From an uncultured Chloroflexota bacterium (GTDB lineage Bacteria; Chloroflexota; Dehalococcoidia; GIF9; AB-539-J10), in NCBI GenBank assembly GCA_903884455.1, contig CAISEW010000041.1, forward strand, positions 98,086-162,085: 64,000 nt of DNA, given 5' to 3'. Below the pieces are notes generated by a model, which saw only the letters and a list, made by a program, of their open reading frames with translations, was not told where the DNA came from and made no database searches. How positions within the stretch are numbered: the stretch's first letter is position 1; each line of letters opens with the position of its first letter. Of this stretch, positions 40,353 through 50,091 are shown in pieces. Made by a program: the position numbers and the translations under genes.

Positions 40353-41747
40353 TTATGGGGACTGCAGAGGGAGCCATACCGAAAAGGTGCTTCCCGCCCC
40401 CACCTGGCTTTCCACTTCTATCTTTCCCTTGTGAGCCTCAGCAATATGCCGGCATATTGCCAGACCCAGACCACTGCCTCCCTCGGCGCGCGAGCGAGAT
40501 TTATCAACTCGGTAGAACCGTTCGAAGATGAAAGGTATATCTTCTGCGGGAATGCCGACCCCGGTATCCGTGATGGCGGCGACAGCCATTTGCCCTTCGC
40601 GGCGAAGTGAGACAGAAACAGTCCCCGGAGCGGGGGTATATCTGATGGCATTATCCAAAAGATTCATGAACAGTTCTCTCAGCCGTGCTTCATCACCTTT
40701 CACCACCAGATCCTGCGGCTGACCTAATTGAAAGCTGAGCCCTTTTTCCTGGCAAAGGACCTCTATATCCGTGCCCAGATTAGTGATGAGCTTGCCGAGG
40801 TTGACTTCCGTGAAGTTCCATTGTTCCTTTCCGGCATCGGCACGAGCGAGAGTAAGCAATTGGTCAATGAGGGAGGACATCTGTCTTGATTCCTGGGAAA
40901 TAATCTCTAAAGATTGCCGGTAATCGCTTGATGGTCTTTCTTTCTGGAGTGCCAGCGTGGATTCAGCTTCAATTACCGCCAGGGGAGTACGTAATTCGTG
41001 CGAGGCATCGCTGGTGAATTGCTTCTGGCGCTGGAACGCTTTTTCCAATCGTCCAATCATTTCATTCAGCGTTGCTGCTAACCTCCCCAATTCGTCTTTG
41101 GTGTTCACATTGATCCTTTGACTTAAGTCAGTTTCCTCGATTTCCTGCGCTGTCTGGGCAATCTTGTCTACTGGCTTAAGCGCTCGGCGGGCCAGAAATA
41201 TACCGCCTCCGGCAGCTAATGCCAGAGCTAGCGGGACAGCGATGATGAGGGTGCGTAGCAAGCCAGCCAATGCTTGGTCTATCTGTTTTGTCGAGCGGCC
41301 AATGACCAGTGCAGCTGGCTGGATACCGGGCGGTGGTCCCAGAATGCTAATGTTTATAGGGACAGCCAGGAGACGTAGCCCTTCGCCTTCCTCTGTCTGG
41401 ATAGTAGCAAACAAACTCGTGCCGGCAATGGCTTGCGAAATGAATTCGTGGCTCAGGGTAATATTTGTCCCTCGGGGAGATACCTCCATCAGTTGGTCGC
41501 CGGAGTAAAAGTACAGTATGACGATTTCCCCCAGCTCCTCTTGGAATTCTCCTTGCCTTATGCTTTCCAGAATAGCTGGGATATCATGTAGCTCCGTCGA
41601 ACGTAGTATCAGCGAATCATCCAAACCTCGATAGAGGCTTCGCGAGAGATAGAAATATACGCCGGCACTGAGGGCACTCAATAGAACTGCCAGCACCAAC
41701 AGGTACCAGATGGTAAATCGGAATTTGATGCTATGAATAAAGCTCAT
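40353..41747 (-). CDS. HAMP-domain sensor histidine kinase
   Basis: Two TM segments, HAMP, ASHELRTPL, NLLDNA, DTGVGI, GSGLGL. Confidence 0.93.
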   Translation of the reverse strand: MSFIHSIKFRFTIWYLLVLAVLLSALSAGVYFYLSRSLYRGLDDSLILRSTELHDIPAILESIRQGEFQEELGEIVILYFYSGDQLMEVSPRGTNITLSHEFISQAIAGTSLFATIQTEEGEGLRLLAVPINISILGPPPGIQPAALVIGRSTKQIDQALAGLLRTLIIAVPLALALAAGGGIFLARRALKPVDKIAQTAQEIEETDLSQRINVNTKDELGRLAATLNEMIGRLEKAFQRQKQFTSDASHELRTPLAVIEAESTLALQKERPSSDYRQSLEIISQESRQMSSLIDQLLTLARADAGKEQWNFTEVNLGKLITNLGTDIEVLCQEKGLSFQLGQPQDLVVKGDEARLRELFMNLLDNAIRYTPAPGTVSVSLRREGQMAVAAITDTGVGIPAEDIPFIFERFYRVDKSRSRAEGGSGLGLAICRHIAEAHKGKIEVESQVGAGSTFSVWLPLQSP

Positions 41748-42415
41748 GGCGCTTTCAGTCGATAGCCGGCTCCTCTCACCGTTTGAATCAGGCTATCTTC
41801 CCCCTCGCTGTCAATCTTACGCCGCAACCGGCGGATATAGACATCTACCAGATTGGACAGGCTATCGAAGTCGTAATCCCAGGCGTGTTCTTCCACCATA
41901 GTCCGCGTGACTACCACGTTGGGATGGCGCATGAAGTACTCCAGGATGACGTATTCCTTAGTGGTCAGTTCAATAGGTCTTTGTCCTCGCCAAACTTGGC
42001 GGGTAAGAGTGTTCATAGTTAAATCACCCACCCGAAGCTCTGGTGATTTTAACATTCCCTCTCGCCGCAGGAGCGCCCGAACTCGAGCTAGAAGCTCATT
42101 GAAGGCAAAAGGTTTAACCAGATAATCATCGGCTCCCGTATCTAGTCCTCTGACTCGGTCCTCCACTGTGTCTTTAGCCGTCAACATCAGAATGGGAGTA
42201 TTAATTTTCTTGGTGCGAAGCTCGTGGCAAACTTCGATGCCATCTTTATTGGGCAGCATGATGTCTAGAATGATGAGGTCATATGGATTGACCTCGGCAA
42301 GGTATTCTCCCTCCTCTCCGTCGTAGGCTAAGTCAACAGCGTAGGCTTCTTCCAGAAGCCCGCGCTTGATGACAGCACAGAGTCGCCGATCATCGTCAAC
42401 GACCAAAATTCGCAT
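41744..42415 (-). CDS. OmpR/PhoB family response regulator
   Basis: ILVVDDD, LDIMLP, GADDYLVKPF, TVRGAGY. Confidence 0.95.
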   Translation of the reverse strand: MRILVVDDDRRLCAVIKRGLLEEAYAVDLAYDGEEGEYLAEVNPYDLIILDIMLPNKDGIEVCHELRTKKINTPILMLTAKDTVEDRVRGLDTGADDYLVKPFAFNELLARVRALLRREGMLKSPELRVGDLTMNTLTRQVWRGQRPIELTTKEYVILEYFMRHPNVVVTRTMVEEHAWDYDFDSLSNLVDVYIRRLRRKIDSEGEDSLIQTVRGAGYRLKAP

Positions 42416-42447
42416 GACAAACTCCTTAAACGAATTATATTACACCA

Positions 42448-42520
42448 AGATGAACATGAGATGAAATGGCTCAATTGTATGATTTTTCTGACGTTCACCT
42501 CCAGTTCATGGTGGGTTCAT
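42448..42520. promoter_or_regulatory. candidate OmpR-type binding sites in a divergent promoter
   Basis: AGATGAA x2 (42448, 42459) and GTTCAY x3 (42493, 42504, 42515), all with 11-bp period. Confidence 0.6.
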
Positions 42521-42634
42521 GTTGTTGTGATAAGCTGGATTTGCACTGATGGGGACCAATCGAAGAAAGAAGGCCGATATAGCATCTAAGGAGACAACGT
42601 GTCCCCAACAGTAGAAAAATAGAAAGGAGGTGAC

Positions 42635-43114
42635 ATGACAATGAAGAAACGTAAGTGGTTCATTCCAGTTGTGGTGGCGTCTGTACTGCTGATCGGAGGT
42701 ATAACTGGAGGAGTAGTCGCTGCAAACAATAGCTCAAGCAATATTACTGCAGGGAACCAGAGCCAGGCAACCGATCGATATCAGGCGCTTCTGGATAGAG
42801 CTTGTGCCATCTACAAAGAGACGACGGGTGTGGCCCTCGACTCAGAGCAACTAAAGAATGCTCTGGAGCAAGCTCGAAGCGAGATGCAAGACGAAGCTCT
42901 AAAAAGCTGGCTGCAAGACCTCGTAGGCAAGGGCAAGATAACTCAAGAAGAAGCTGGCCAGTATCTGGAATGGTGGCAGTCCCGGCCCGGCATCGAATTA
43001 CCATTACCGGGGCTTGGCGGACGTGGTCATGGAGGCGGTATGATGTGGGGCAGATTGTTTAAGGCTTGGGGTGGTCCATGTGCCCTTAATGCTTCTGCTG
43101 AAGCAGGCAGTTGA
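42635..43114 (+). CDS. exported helical protein with Gly-rich tail
   Basis: Signal-peptide-like N-terminus; LV..GKITQEEA motif; strong RBS. Confidence 0.65.
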   Translation: MTMKKRKWFIPVVVASVLLIGGITGGVVAANNSSSNITAGNQSQATDRYQALLDRACAIYKETTGVALDSEQLKNALEQARSEMQDEALKSWLQDLVGKGKITQEEAGQYLEWWQSRPGIELPLPGLGGRGHGGGMMWGRLFKAWGGPCALNASAEAGS

Positions 43115-43186
43115 TAGGCTGGTGGAGCAGAACTTGTCCGGAGAGGAGGTGGGTCTTCCCCCCTCTCCTTGGCACGGAGGTGAAAA

Positions 43187-44251
43187 ATGAGTAAGCTAAG
43201 GTACATTATAATAATTGTCCTTTTGGTTGTTGGTATCAGCTTAGTTGTTACCGGCACTGTACATATTTCCCCTAGTTCCGCCTCAGGATATCTGTCTGTT
43301 GACGAGAAGATTGGCTCCGAGCTTAGTACCCAGGAGTTAGTAGCGGAGGTAGCTCCTGCCGTGGTTTCCATCGTTACTGAAACGGTGAGCTACAACTGGT
43401 TCTGGCAGGCAGTCCCACAGACAGGAGCGGGAAGCGGGATAATAATCAGCCCGGACGGCTATATTGTGACCAATAATCATGTGGTAGAAGGTGCCCAAAA
43501 AATGACCGTAACTCTTAGTGACGGAAATGCTTTTGCGGCAACCATAGTAGGTACAGATGCACAAACAGATCTGGCGGTGGTGAAAATTGATGCCAGCAAT
43601 CTTTCCTACTTACATTTCCTGAGCAATTCTCTGGAGCAGCTTAGCGTCCTTGAACCGGTGGTAGCTGTGGGGAATGCTCTGGCTTTGCCTGGAGGTCCTA
43701 CCTGGACTTCTGGCGTCATCAGCAATCTGGGACGCTCTATTGAAGAGGACACCGGCGTGGTGCTCAATGACATTATTCAAACCGATGCGGCTATCAACGC
43801 AGGAAATAGCGGCGGGCCGCTACTGGACACGGCAGGGCAAGTAGTCGGCATCAATGTGGCTATCGCTAGCAATGCCGAGAATATTGGCTTCGCCATAAGT
43901 ACTGATACTGCTATCCCTGTAGTGCAGAGCTTAATAGCAAAAGGAAAGGTAGCCCGTCCCTGGCTTGGAGTGGAAGTGGCCACCGTCACCTCAACTATCC
44001 AGCATTACTACAACCTCTCAGTCAACGCGGGAGCGCTCATTACCAGTGTAAGCAGCGGTAGCCCGGCAGATGAGGTGGGATTAAGACCAGGTGATGTTAT
44101 CACTAAGATAGGCAACGAGGACATCAGCACTGCCGCAGAACTGATCTCAGCTATAAGGTCTCATCAGATTGGTGACCAGGTTGAGATTGTGTATTACCGT
44201 GGGAGTGTACAGAATGTAGCTCATGCTACGCTGGAAGAGTCCCCGTCTTAG
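43187..44251 (+). CDS. HtrA/DegP-like serine protease with PDZ domain
   Basis: TNNHVV, DLAV, QTDAAINAGNSGGPL, C-terminal PDZ. Confidence 0.93.
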   Translation: MSKLRYIIIIVLLVVGISLVVTGTVHISPSSASGYLSVDEKIGSELSTQELVAEVAPAVVSIVTETVSYNWFWQAVPQTGAGSGIIISPDGYIVTNNHVVEGAQKMTVTLSDGNAFAATIVGTDAQTDLAVVKIDASNLSYLHFLSNSLEQLSVLEPVVAVGNALALPGGPTWTSGVISNLGRSIEEDTGVVLNDIIQTDAAINAGNSGGPLLDTAGQVVGINVAIASNAENIGFAISTDTAIPVVQSLIAKGKVARPWLGVEVATVTSTIQHYYNLSVNAGALITSVSSGSPADEVGLRPGDVITKIGNEDISTAAELISAIRSHQIGDQVEIVYYRGSVQNVAHATLEESPS

Positions 44252-44295
44252 GCCGATGACGAGTGGAAAAGAAGAAAGAAGGAGGTTCTTAGTAT

Positions 44296-45534
44296 ATGGG
44301 TGTAGTTCGCAGAGTAATACGTAATCTGATTCGGAGTCCCCTCCGCACAGGTGGGATCGTAGCCATTCTGTCAGTCAGCATCGGGCTGGCATTGATTATG
44401 GTCACAGTTCATGGCGCCACTGAAAATCAACTAGGGTCGATAGGAACGCAGATCGGCACGGAGATCACAATACAGCCAGCTGGTCGCTTTGGTATGATGG
44501 GTGGAAATGGGACACTGGCCCAAGAAGATGTGGACAAACTCAATGACATCTCCCACGTGGTCTCCGTACAGGAAGGTGTTCAGACTCAGTATACCGGCGG
44601 CAGCCTTGAGTCAGCCGTTGAGCAGGGAGGCCAAGGAGGAGGTTCCTTCCCCGGCGGTTTCCGCATGGGCATAATGGTCATGGGGTTTGATACTGCCACG
44701 GACAATCCGACATTAACGGGTGGTGCGCAGATGGATATAACAGATGGACGCTACTTCACCACTGATGAAAATGATGCCGATGTGATGATCGTCGGTCAAG
44801 CCCTGGCTGATAAGAACAGCCTCACTATTGGTTCTACAGTCGGCATAAATGGCACGCCGGTAGAGGTCATCGGTATTTACGACAGTGGACAAGTCTTTGG
44901 AAATAACATGCTGGTTATGCCTATTGGCACCGTGCAGCGCCTATTTAGCTTGGGCGGAGTGACTTCAGTAACGGTGCAAGCCGATGATGTTAACAATGTG
45001 GATGCTGTAGTCAGCAGTATTCGGGAGATCTTTCCCGAAAGCGTTGCTGACGTCACCACTGCCCAAGATATGTATCAGCGAATAAATAGCTCTGTAGCAA
45101 GTGCTCAGAGCACCAGCCAGATGGCGATGATTGTTGCTTTCATTGTCGCCGGAGTAGTAATCCTGTTTGCCGTGGTCCTGATGGTGCGGCAGCGGGTAAA
45201 AGAGATTGGCATTCTGAAAGCCATCGGCGCTTCCAACCGGCAGATAGAGCTTCAGTTGGGTGGAGAGGCCCTAGGTATGAGCGTTATGGCTGCCATTATC
45301 GGTGCCCTTATCACCTATCCTCTGGCTCAGAAGGTTGCCAATTTGCTTGTGGCCTCCCCGGGAGGGGGATTCGGTGGCGGCATTACCCGTGTTGCCGGGA
45401 TTAATATAGCCGTATCACCAGAAGTTTTCCTCTACGCACTGGGCATAGCCATAGCACTGGCTGTGGCCGCCAGCATATTCCCAGCCTGGTATATCTCACG
45501 AATTAAACCAGCGGAGGTGTTGCGCTATGAGTAA
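44296..45534 (+). CDS. MacB/FtsX-type ABC transporter permease
   Basis: TM + periplasmic core + R..EIGILKAIGA; C-terminal P.EVLRYE. Confidence 0.88.
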   Translation: MGVVRRVIRNLIRSPLRTGGIVAILSVSIGLALIMVTVHGATENQLGSIGTQIGTEITIQPAGRFGMMGGNGTLAQEDVDKLNDISHVVSVQEGVQTQYTGGSLESAVEQGGQGGGSFPGGFRMGIMVMGFDTATDNPTLTGGAQMDITDGRYFTTDENDADVMIVGQALADKNSLTIGSTVGINGTPVEVIGIYDSGQVFGNNMLVMPIGTVQRLFSLGGVTSVTVQADDVNNVDAVVSSIREIFPESVADVTTAQDMYQRINSSVASAQSTSQMAMIVAFIVAGVVILFAVVLMVRQRVKEIGILKAIGASNRQIELQLGGEALGMSVMAAIIGALITYPLAQKVANLLVASPGGGFGGGITRVAGINIAVSPEVFLYALGIAIALAVAASIFPAWYISRIKPAEVLRYE

Positions 45535-46234
45535 CTATAAAGAGATGGTTATAGTAGTAGATGGATTGGTCAAACAGTTCAGCACATCGGAGTACACAAC
45601 GGTGGCAGCGGTGAACGGTGTTAGCTTTAGCCTACCCAGGGAAAAGATGATAGCTATCAAAGGGCCCAGTGGCTGTGGCAAGACCACCTTGCTGAACCTG
45701 CTGGGGGCTCTGGACAAACCCACAGCCGGAAACATAGTCGTGGATGGGATTAAGGTCTCAGAGCTCTATGGTGTGAATGAGTCTGAGTACCGGCTCAGGA
45801 AAGTGGGATTCGTCTTTCAATACTATTACCTCATCCCCAGTTTAACCGCTCTGGAGAATGTTATGCTGCCGATGGACCTCCGGGGTATGAAGAGAAAGGG
45901 GCAGGAAGCAGGGGCGCGCCGGTTGCTGGAAAGAGTGGGATTGGATGCCAGTCACCAGGACCGCCGGCCTACCAGGCTTTCAGGGGGTGAACAGCAGCGG
46001 GTAGCTATCGCCCGCGCCCTGGCCAATGCTCCGGCTATCATTCTAGCAGACGAGCCTACCGGCAATCTGGATTCCAAGACCGGCAAGCGGATTATTGAAC
46101 TCCTCTACAGCCTTACTCAACAAGAGGGCAGAACGGTAATAGTAGCCACACATGACGCTGATATAGCAGCCAGAGCGGATATTGTCCTGGAAATGAAGGA
46201 TGCCAAGCTAATAAGCCAGACCGACGCAAACTAA
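45527..46234 (+). CDS. ABC transporter ATP-binding protein (LolD/MacB-like)
   Basis: [32 protein letters not shown]. Confidence 0.92.
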   Translation: MSNYKEMVIVVDGLVKQFSTSEYTTVAAVNGVSFSLPREKMIAIKGPSGCGKTTLLNLLGALDKPTAGNIVVDGIKVSELYGVNESEYRLRKVGFVFQYYYLIPSLTALENVMLPMDLRGMKRKGQEAGARRLLERVGLDASHQDRRPTRLSGGEQQRVAIARALANAPAIILADEPTGNLDSKTGKRIIELLYSLTQQEGRTVIVATHDADIAARADIVLEMKDAKLISQTDAN

Positions 46235-46354
46235 AGAGGTAGCATCACCTTTTTGACTGGCAGGAGGTAGGTCAAATGGCTGTTCAGTTGTGCAGTGCGC
46301 CTATTAATATTGCTAACAATAAAGCTTCGAATTCTTTGGGGATGCCAACCCTGC

Positions 46355-46600
46355 CTAGCCAAGCCGAGCTACAGCTACCTCACCATTTTCTATGACGACG
46401 GTCATTGTCCGTCGACAGTTAGGGCAAGTGAGCGGTCCTTTGTAGTTGGCTTTAGATGGCTCCAGAGGGATACCTTTGCCACAGCCCAGGCAGATTACTC
46501 CTGGGGAGCTTCTCGGACCAGCTTGGTGCTGTTTTTTATGGCTAGCTAGCTGCTCTATGGTAGCGAATTCGATTCCGCAAGTAACACATTTAAAACGCAT
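46355..46600 (-). CDS. small zinc-finger protein (C2H2 + C4 ribbon)
   Basis: CVTC-x12-HKKQH, then CLGC...CPNC; AGGAG RBS. Confidence 0.6.
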   Translation of the reverse strand: MRFKCVTCGIEFATIEQLASHKKQHQAGPRSSPGVICLGCGKGIPLEPSKANYKGPLTCPNCRRTMTVVIENGEVAVARLG

Positions 46601-46935
46601 TTCTCTCCTTTGGGCATTCTCAATGTCTAAAATCGCCCAATGACTAATTTATTATCCCACAATTATATCATGGTGTTCTCCCCTGACGAATAATTTGGGT
46701 TTAAGCTTAACAAAACGCTAGATTGTTGGATAACTTCCTACAATGTTACCTTTGTACAAATATCGGGATATTTGTTCCGTTGTAGGTATAGCTATTTCGA
46801 AGGAAGAGGGTATGCTCTTTCACGGTCATAAACCAGCAAGCCTTACTTTTAGTAGGCTAATTGCATCTTAATTGAACTTTTAGTAATTGAGATGATTTAG
46901 ACGAACATTCGTTATCAAAGGAAATAATTTTTAGT

Positions 46936-47664
46936 TCATTCATTGGCAATTTTAATAAATAACTCAGCTAGCTCTTGAGGTTCAAGTATCATAGCATCAT
47001 GACCGGTCGCCATTTCGTAATAACCCCAGTCTTTCGAGCTTCGCGCCATCTCGGCAAACCCATCGAAGGAACCGAGAGGAGGCTTGTTCAGATAAATATA
47101 CGTACGTGGCACGGTAAAAGCACCCGGATTTGTAAGATGTACTGGCTCCTCAAAAGTTTTTATTGGCTGGGGCACCAACTTGGACTTAACAAAGGCAATG
47201 TCCGCCTCTAAGGTAATGCCAAAATGTTCAGGAGGGGGTGCAGGAACAAGCCACCCCTGTCCTGTCGCTTTTGCTACCTGACGCATCATATTCATAATCT
47301 GTGGCCCTACAATGTCCCCAAAAGATTGACCGTCTTTGGGTACATGTGCATCCAAGTAGATCAGTTTTGCGATACGTTCCGCTGCTTTATCCGCCACGCC
47401 TGTAATAACCATACCACCATAACTGTGGCCAACCAGCAGCACGTTGTGTAAATTTTTATCATACAGAATGGCTAATATGTCCTGAACATGAGTGCTCAAG
47501 CCAATGTCAGGATTTGCCAGTTTTACTTTTTCCCCGAGTCCAGTCAAGTCAGGAGTAAATACATTGTAACCAGCCTGAGCTAAATAAGGTACCAATCGCT
47601 CCCATACCCATGCGCCATGCCAGCCGCCATGAACCAAAACGAAAGTTAGATTATTCCTTTCCAT
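46936..47664 (-). CDS. alpha/beta hydrolase (salicylate/methyl-esterase-like)
   Basis: VHGGWHG, GHSYGG, GHD. Confidence 0.88.
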   Translation of the reverse strand: MERNNLTFVLVHGGWHGAWVWERLVPYLAQAGYNVFTPDLTGLGEKVKLANPDIGLSTHVQDILAILYDKNLHNVLLVGHSYGGMVITGVADKAAERIAKLIYLDAHVPKDGQSFGDIVGPQIMNMMRQVAKATGQGWLVPAPPPEHFGITLEADIAFVKSKLVPQPIKTFEEPVHLTNPGAFTVPRTYIYLNKPPLGSFDGFAEMARSSKDWGYYEMATGHDAMILEPQELAELFIKIANE

Positions 47665-47913
47665 TTTACCCTCTCCAAATCCCTTGGCTCGGCTAGCTAT
47701 CAGCCAAAGAGATACATCCTAATCTAATTATAGCACTTGCTAGGTCAGTGAAGTTTGAGGATAGCTTGAGGCTTTATCGGAGGATCGAACATTCCGCTAG
47801 ATTGTTGCGTCAGAGGTAACAAAACAAGTTATTGTTCAGGGCTAGGGATATTCAACTCTGCCATCCGGGGCTATAATTTTGCTGGTCGTCCTTTTCATTC
47901 TTATTGGTGAAAC

Positions 47914-48564
47914 ATGGGGGAAAATACTAAATTCAAGCTGATTGTTGGATTCCTGGCAATTCTAGCCTTGGTCATTTCCATTTACGCCCGGTTCGCACCC
48001 CGGTTTCCAGGCGACCTGTGCCTGACGCTCCGTTTGCAATCTTTTGATAATCATTTTTTGCTCTCATTCATGGACTACGTTTCGTTTATTTTTGGGGGCT
48101 GGTCTTCAGTGCTGGTGGTTGTTATCATCGGTATCCTTGTTTGGTGGCGAATAGGTAGACTGGAGGCTATCATGATTCCCGTGGGGGGATTAATCACGCT
48201 TGTAAATACGGCATTGAAACTGGCCATCAATCGTCCGCGGCCTTCGGCCGACCTAGTTCACGTCTTATCCAGTGAGCAAGGTAATGGATTCCCTAGCGGA
48301 CATGCATTCTTTGCCATTTTAATATTGGGACTTACAGCCTATTTTATTTCCATCAATCTGAAGAATCGTACCATACGGATGGTGGTTCTAGCAGGTTTGA
48401 TTGCTTTAATTCTCTTAATCGGTACTTCTCGGGTTTACCTGGGAGTCCACTGGCCAAGTGACGTCATAGGAGGCTACCTGATAGGGGGAGTCTTCTTAAC
48501 TGCGCTTATCTGGTTCCACCGGACTTGGAAGGCTCATCATTCGCAGCAGCACAAGCGACTTTGA
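47914..48564 (+). CDS. PAP2 family phosphatase
   Basis: K...RPRP, FPSGH, SRVYLGVHWPSDV. Confidence 0.9.
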   Translation: MGENTKFKLIVGFLAILALVISIYARFAPRFPGDLCLTLRLQSFDNHFLLSFMDYVSFIFGGWSSVLVVVIIGILVWWRIGRLEAIMIPVGGLITLVNTALKLAINRPRPSADLVHVLSSEQGNGFPSGHAFFAILILGLTAYFISINLKNRTIRMVVLAGLIALILLIGTSRVYLGVHWPSDVIGGYLIGGVFLTALIWFHRTWKAHHSQQHKRL

Positions 48565-48715
48565 AATCACACAACCTGGACTAATGTGTAGACTCGTACA
48601 AGACCGCTCCACACCAAAGAGGGTATCTGTACAAGCAACCAAAGCACTTTTAAGTCTACATCCGAGGACAGTTCATTCTTTCTGCAATTACATCCAGATG
48701 CAAAAATAGAGGTAG

Positions 48716-49330
48716 CTATCGTTTGCTCGCCACTATAAAGGCTGTAGCAAATCGTGGGTGTTCAACAGTTTTAACCTGGATATCTGTGAATCCGGCTTTG
48801 CCAAGCATGTCACGTATTTGCTCTTCCGGATAGAGATTGAACCCATACCGCGTAAAATTAAACGGAAGCTTCGTGGAATAAGTAAGGACGAATCTCCCTT
48901 TCGGTTTCATGACACGAATAATTTCTTCCATGCCGAGAGCCGGATCAGGCCAGAAAAATATCGTATTTACAGTGCTGACTTTATCGAAGCAGTCACTTTC
49001 AAAAGGTATCTTCGAAGCACTACCCTCTCTTATGTCTACTTTTCCTTGAGATATAAGTTTCCCGAACTTCTTTTTACCTCGTTTCAGCATTGCTTCTGAA
49101 ATCTCGATCCCAGCCACCAATCCATTGGGAGCTAACCTCACCATCTTCTGTACAGTAGCTCCGCCCCCGAATCCAATATCCAGAACATGATCCGTTGGCT
49201 TGATATCCAGGAGTTGAATGGTCACATCGTTAATGTGAGAAGTGGTTCTATTCAGAAGTGCTGCAACTAACCCGCTGAAAACCCCGCTTGGATACCCAGC
49301 TTGCTTTGCGATGTACTTCTCCAAAAGCAT
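48716..49330 (-). CDS. class I SAM-dependent methyltransferase
   Basis: VLDIGFGGG, FDKV, RVMKPKG. Confidence 0.88.
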   Translation of the reverse strand: MLLEKYIAKQAGYPSGVFSGLVAALLNRTTSHINDVTIQLLDIKPTDHVLDIGFGGGATVQKMVRLAPNGLVAGIEISEAMLKRGKKKFGKLISQGKVDIREGSASKIPFESDCFDKVSTVNTIFFWPDPALGMEEIIRVMKPKGRFVLTYSTKLPFNFTRYGFNLYPEEQIRDMLGKAGFTDIQVKTVEHPRFATAFIVASKR

Positions 49331-49614
49331 ACTCGCCCTCCTTATCTATAGCCTGACCTGTTCTCGACCTATTAAGCACGCTGATTATCTGCTTCTATGA
49401 AGGATAACTCCTGCTTCAGGATGGTGTCAACAAATAGATTCTATGACCTCCTGTATCTGTACAATAGCGGATGACACAATCCGCTAGATTGTGACTTTTG
49501 GGTCAAAATAAGCAAATGTTCCCCAACAAAAGACTCTTTAGTTATATCTGATAACCTGGCAGGTGCATGGCTAATTCTCCGGGCTGGGGCAAGATTGGCA
49601 TAAATAAAAAAACA

Positions 49615-50010
49615 CTACTTTTCTAGCTGCTTTAGAGCTTCTTTCACTACCGTTGTTAGCTCCTCGGGGGTAAATGGTTTAGGTAAAAGTGGCCTACCGC
49701 TTTGCTCTATAAAAGTCATGGTTTTCTCGTCCATCATACTCCCGGTAGTGAATACTACCTGGTTTGCCAAACGCGGATATTTTCTTTGCAGCCATTGGTA
49801 TAGTTCTGCGCCGTTCATTTTCGGCGTCCTGATATCAATCAGACAAATGTCATATTGCCTCTTCTCTATCATATCCTGAGCTAACCTCCCATTGACGGCA
49901 ATTTCCACCTCAAATCCTTCCCTAGTAAGGACTCTTTGGCACATATTGCCAATCGACGGTTCGTCCTCGACTACCAGGATTCTCTTCGTGGTGCGATCAA
50001 GAGTATTTAT
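49615..50010 (-). CDS. single-domain response regulator (CheY-like); start codon non-canonical or lost
   Basis: RILVVEDE lies in-frame upstream of the first ATG (49944); DIRTPKMNG, KPF; ATA at 50010 behind AGAAGG. Confidence 0.7.
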   Translation of the reverse strand: MNTLDRTTKRILVVEDEPSIGNMCQRVLTREGFEVEIAVNGRLAQDMIEKRQYDICLIDIRTPKMNGAELYQWLQRKYPRLANQVVFTTGSMMDEKTMTFIEQSGRPLLPKPFTPEELTTVVKEALKQLEK

Positions 50011-50091
50011 TGTATGCCTTCTTTAATCAGCGACTCTATGAATAATATTTCTTTTCAGTATTGTAGCAAACATATTTATGCCGTCAAGTGG

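Noticed and set aside
46901..46915. LexA (GAAC-N4-GTTC) box
   Set aside because: Mismatched (GAACATTCGTTA) and located just past a gene's 3' end, not at a repair-gene promoter.
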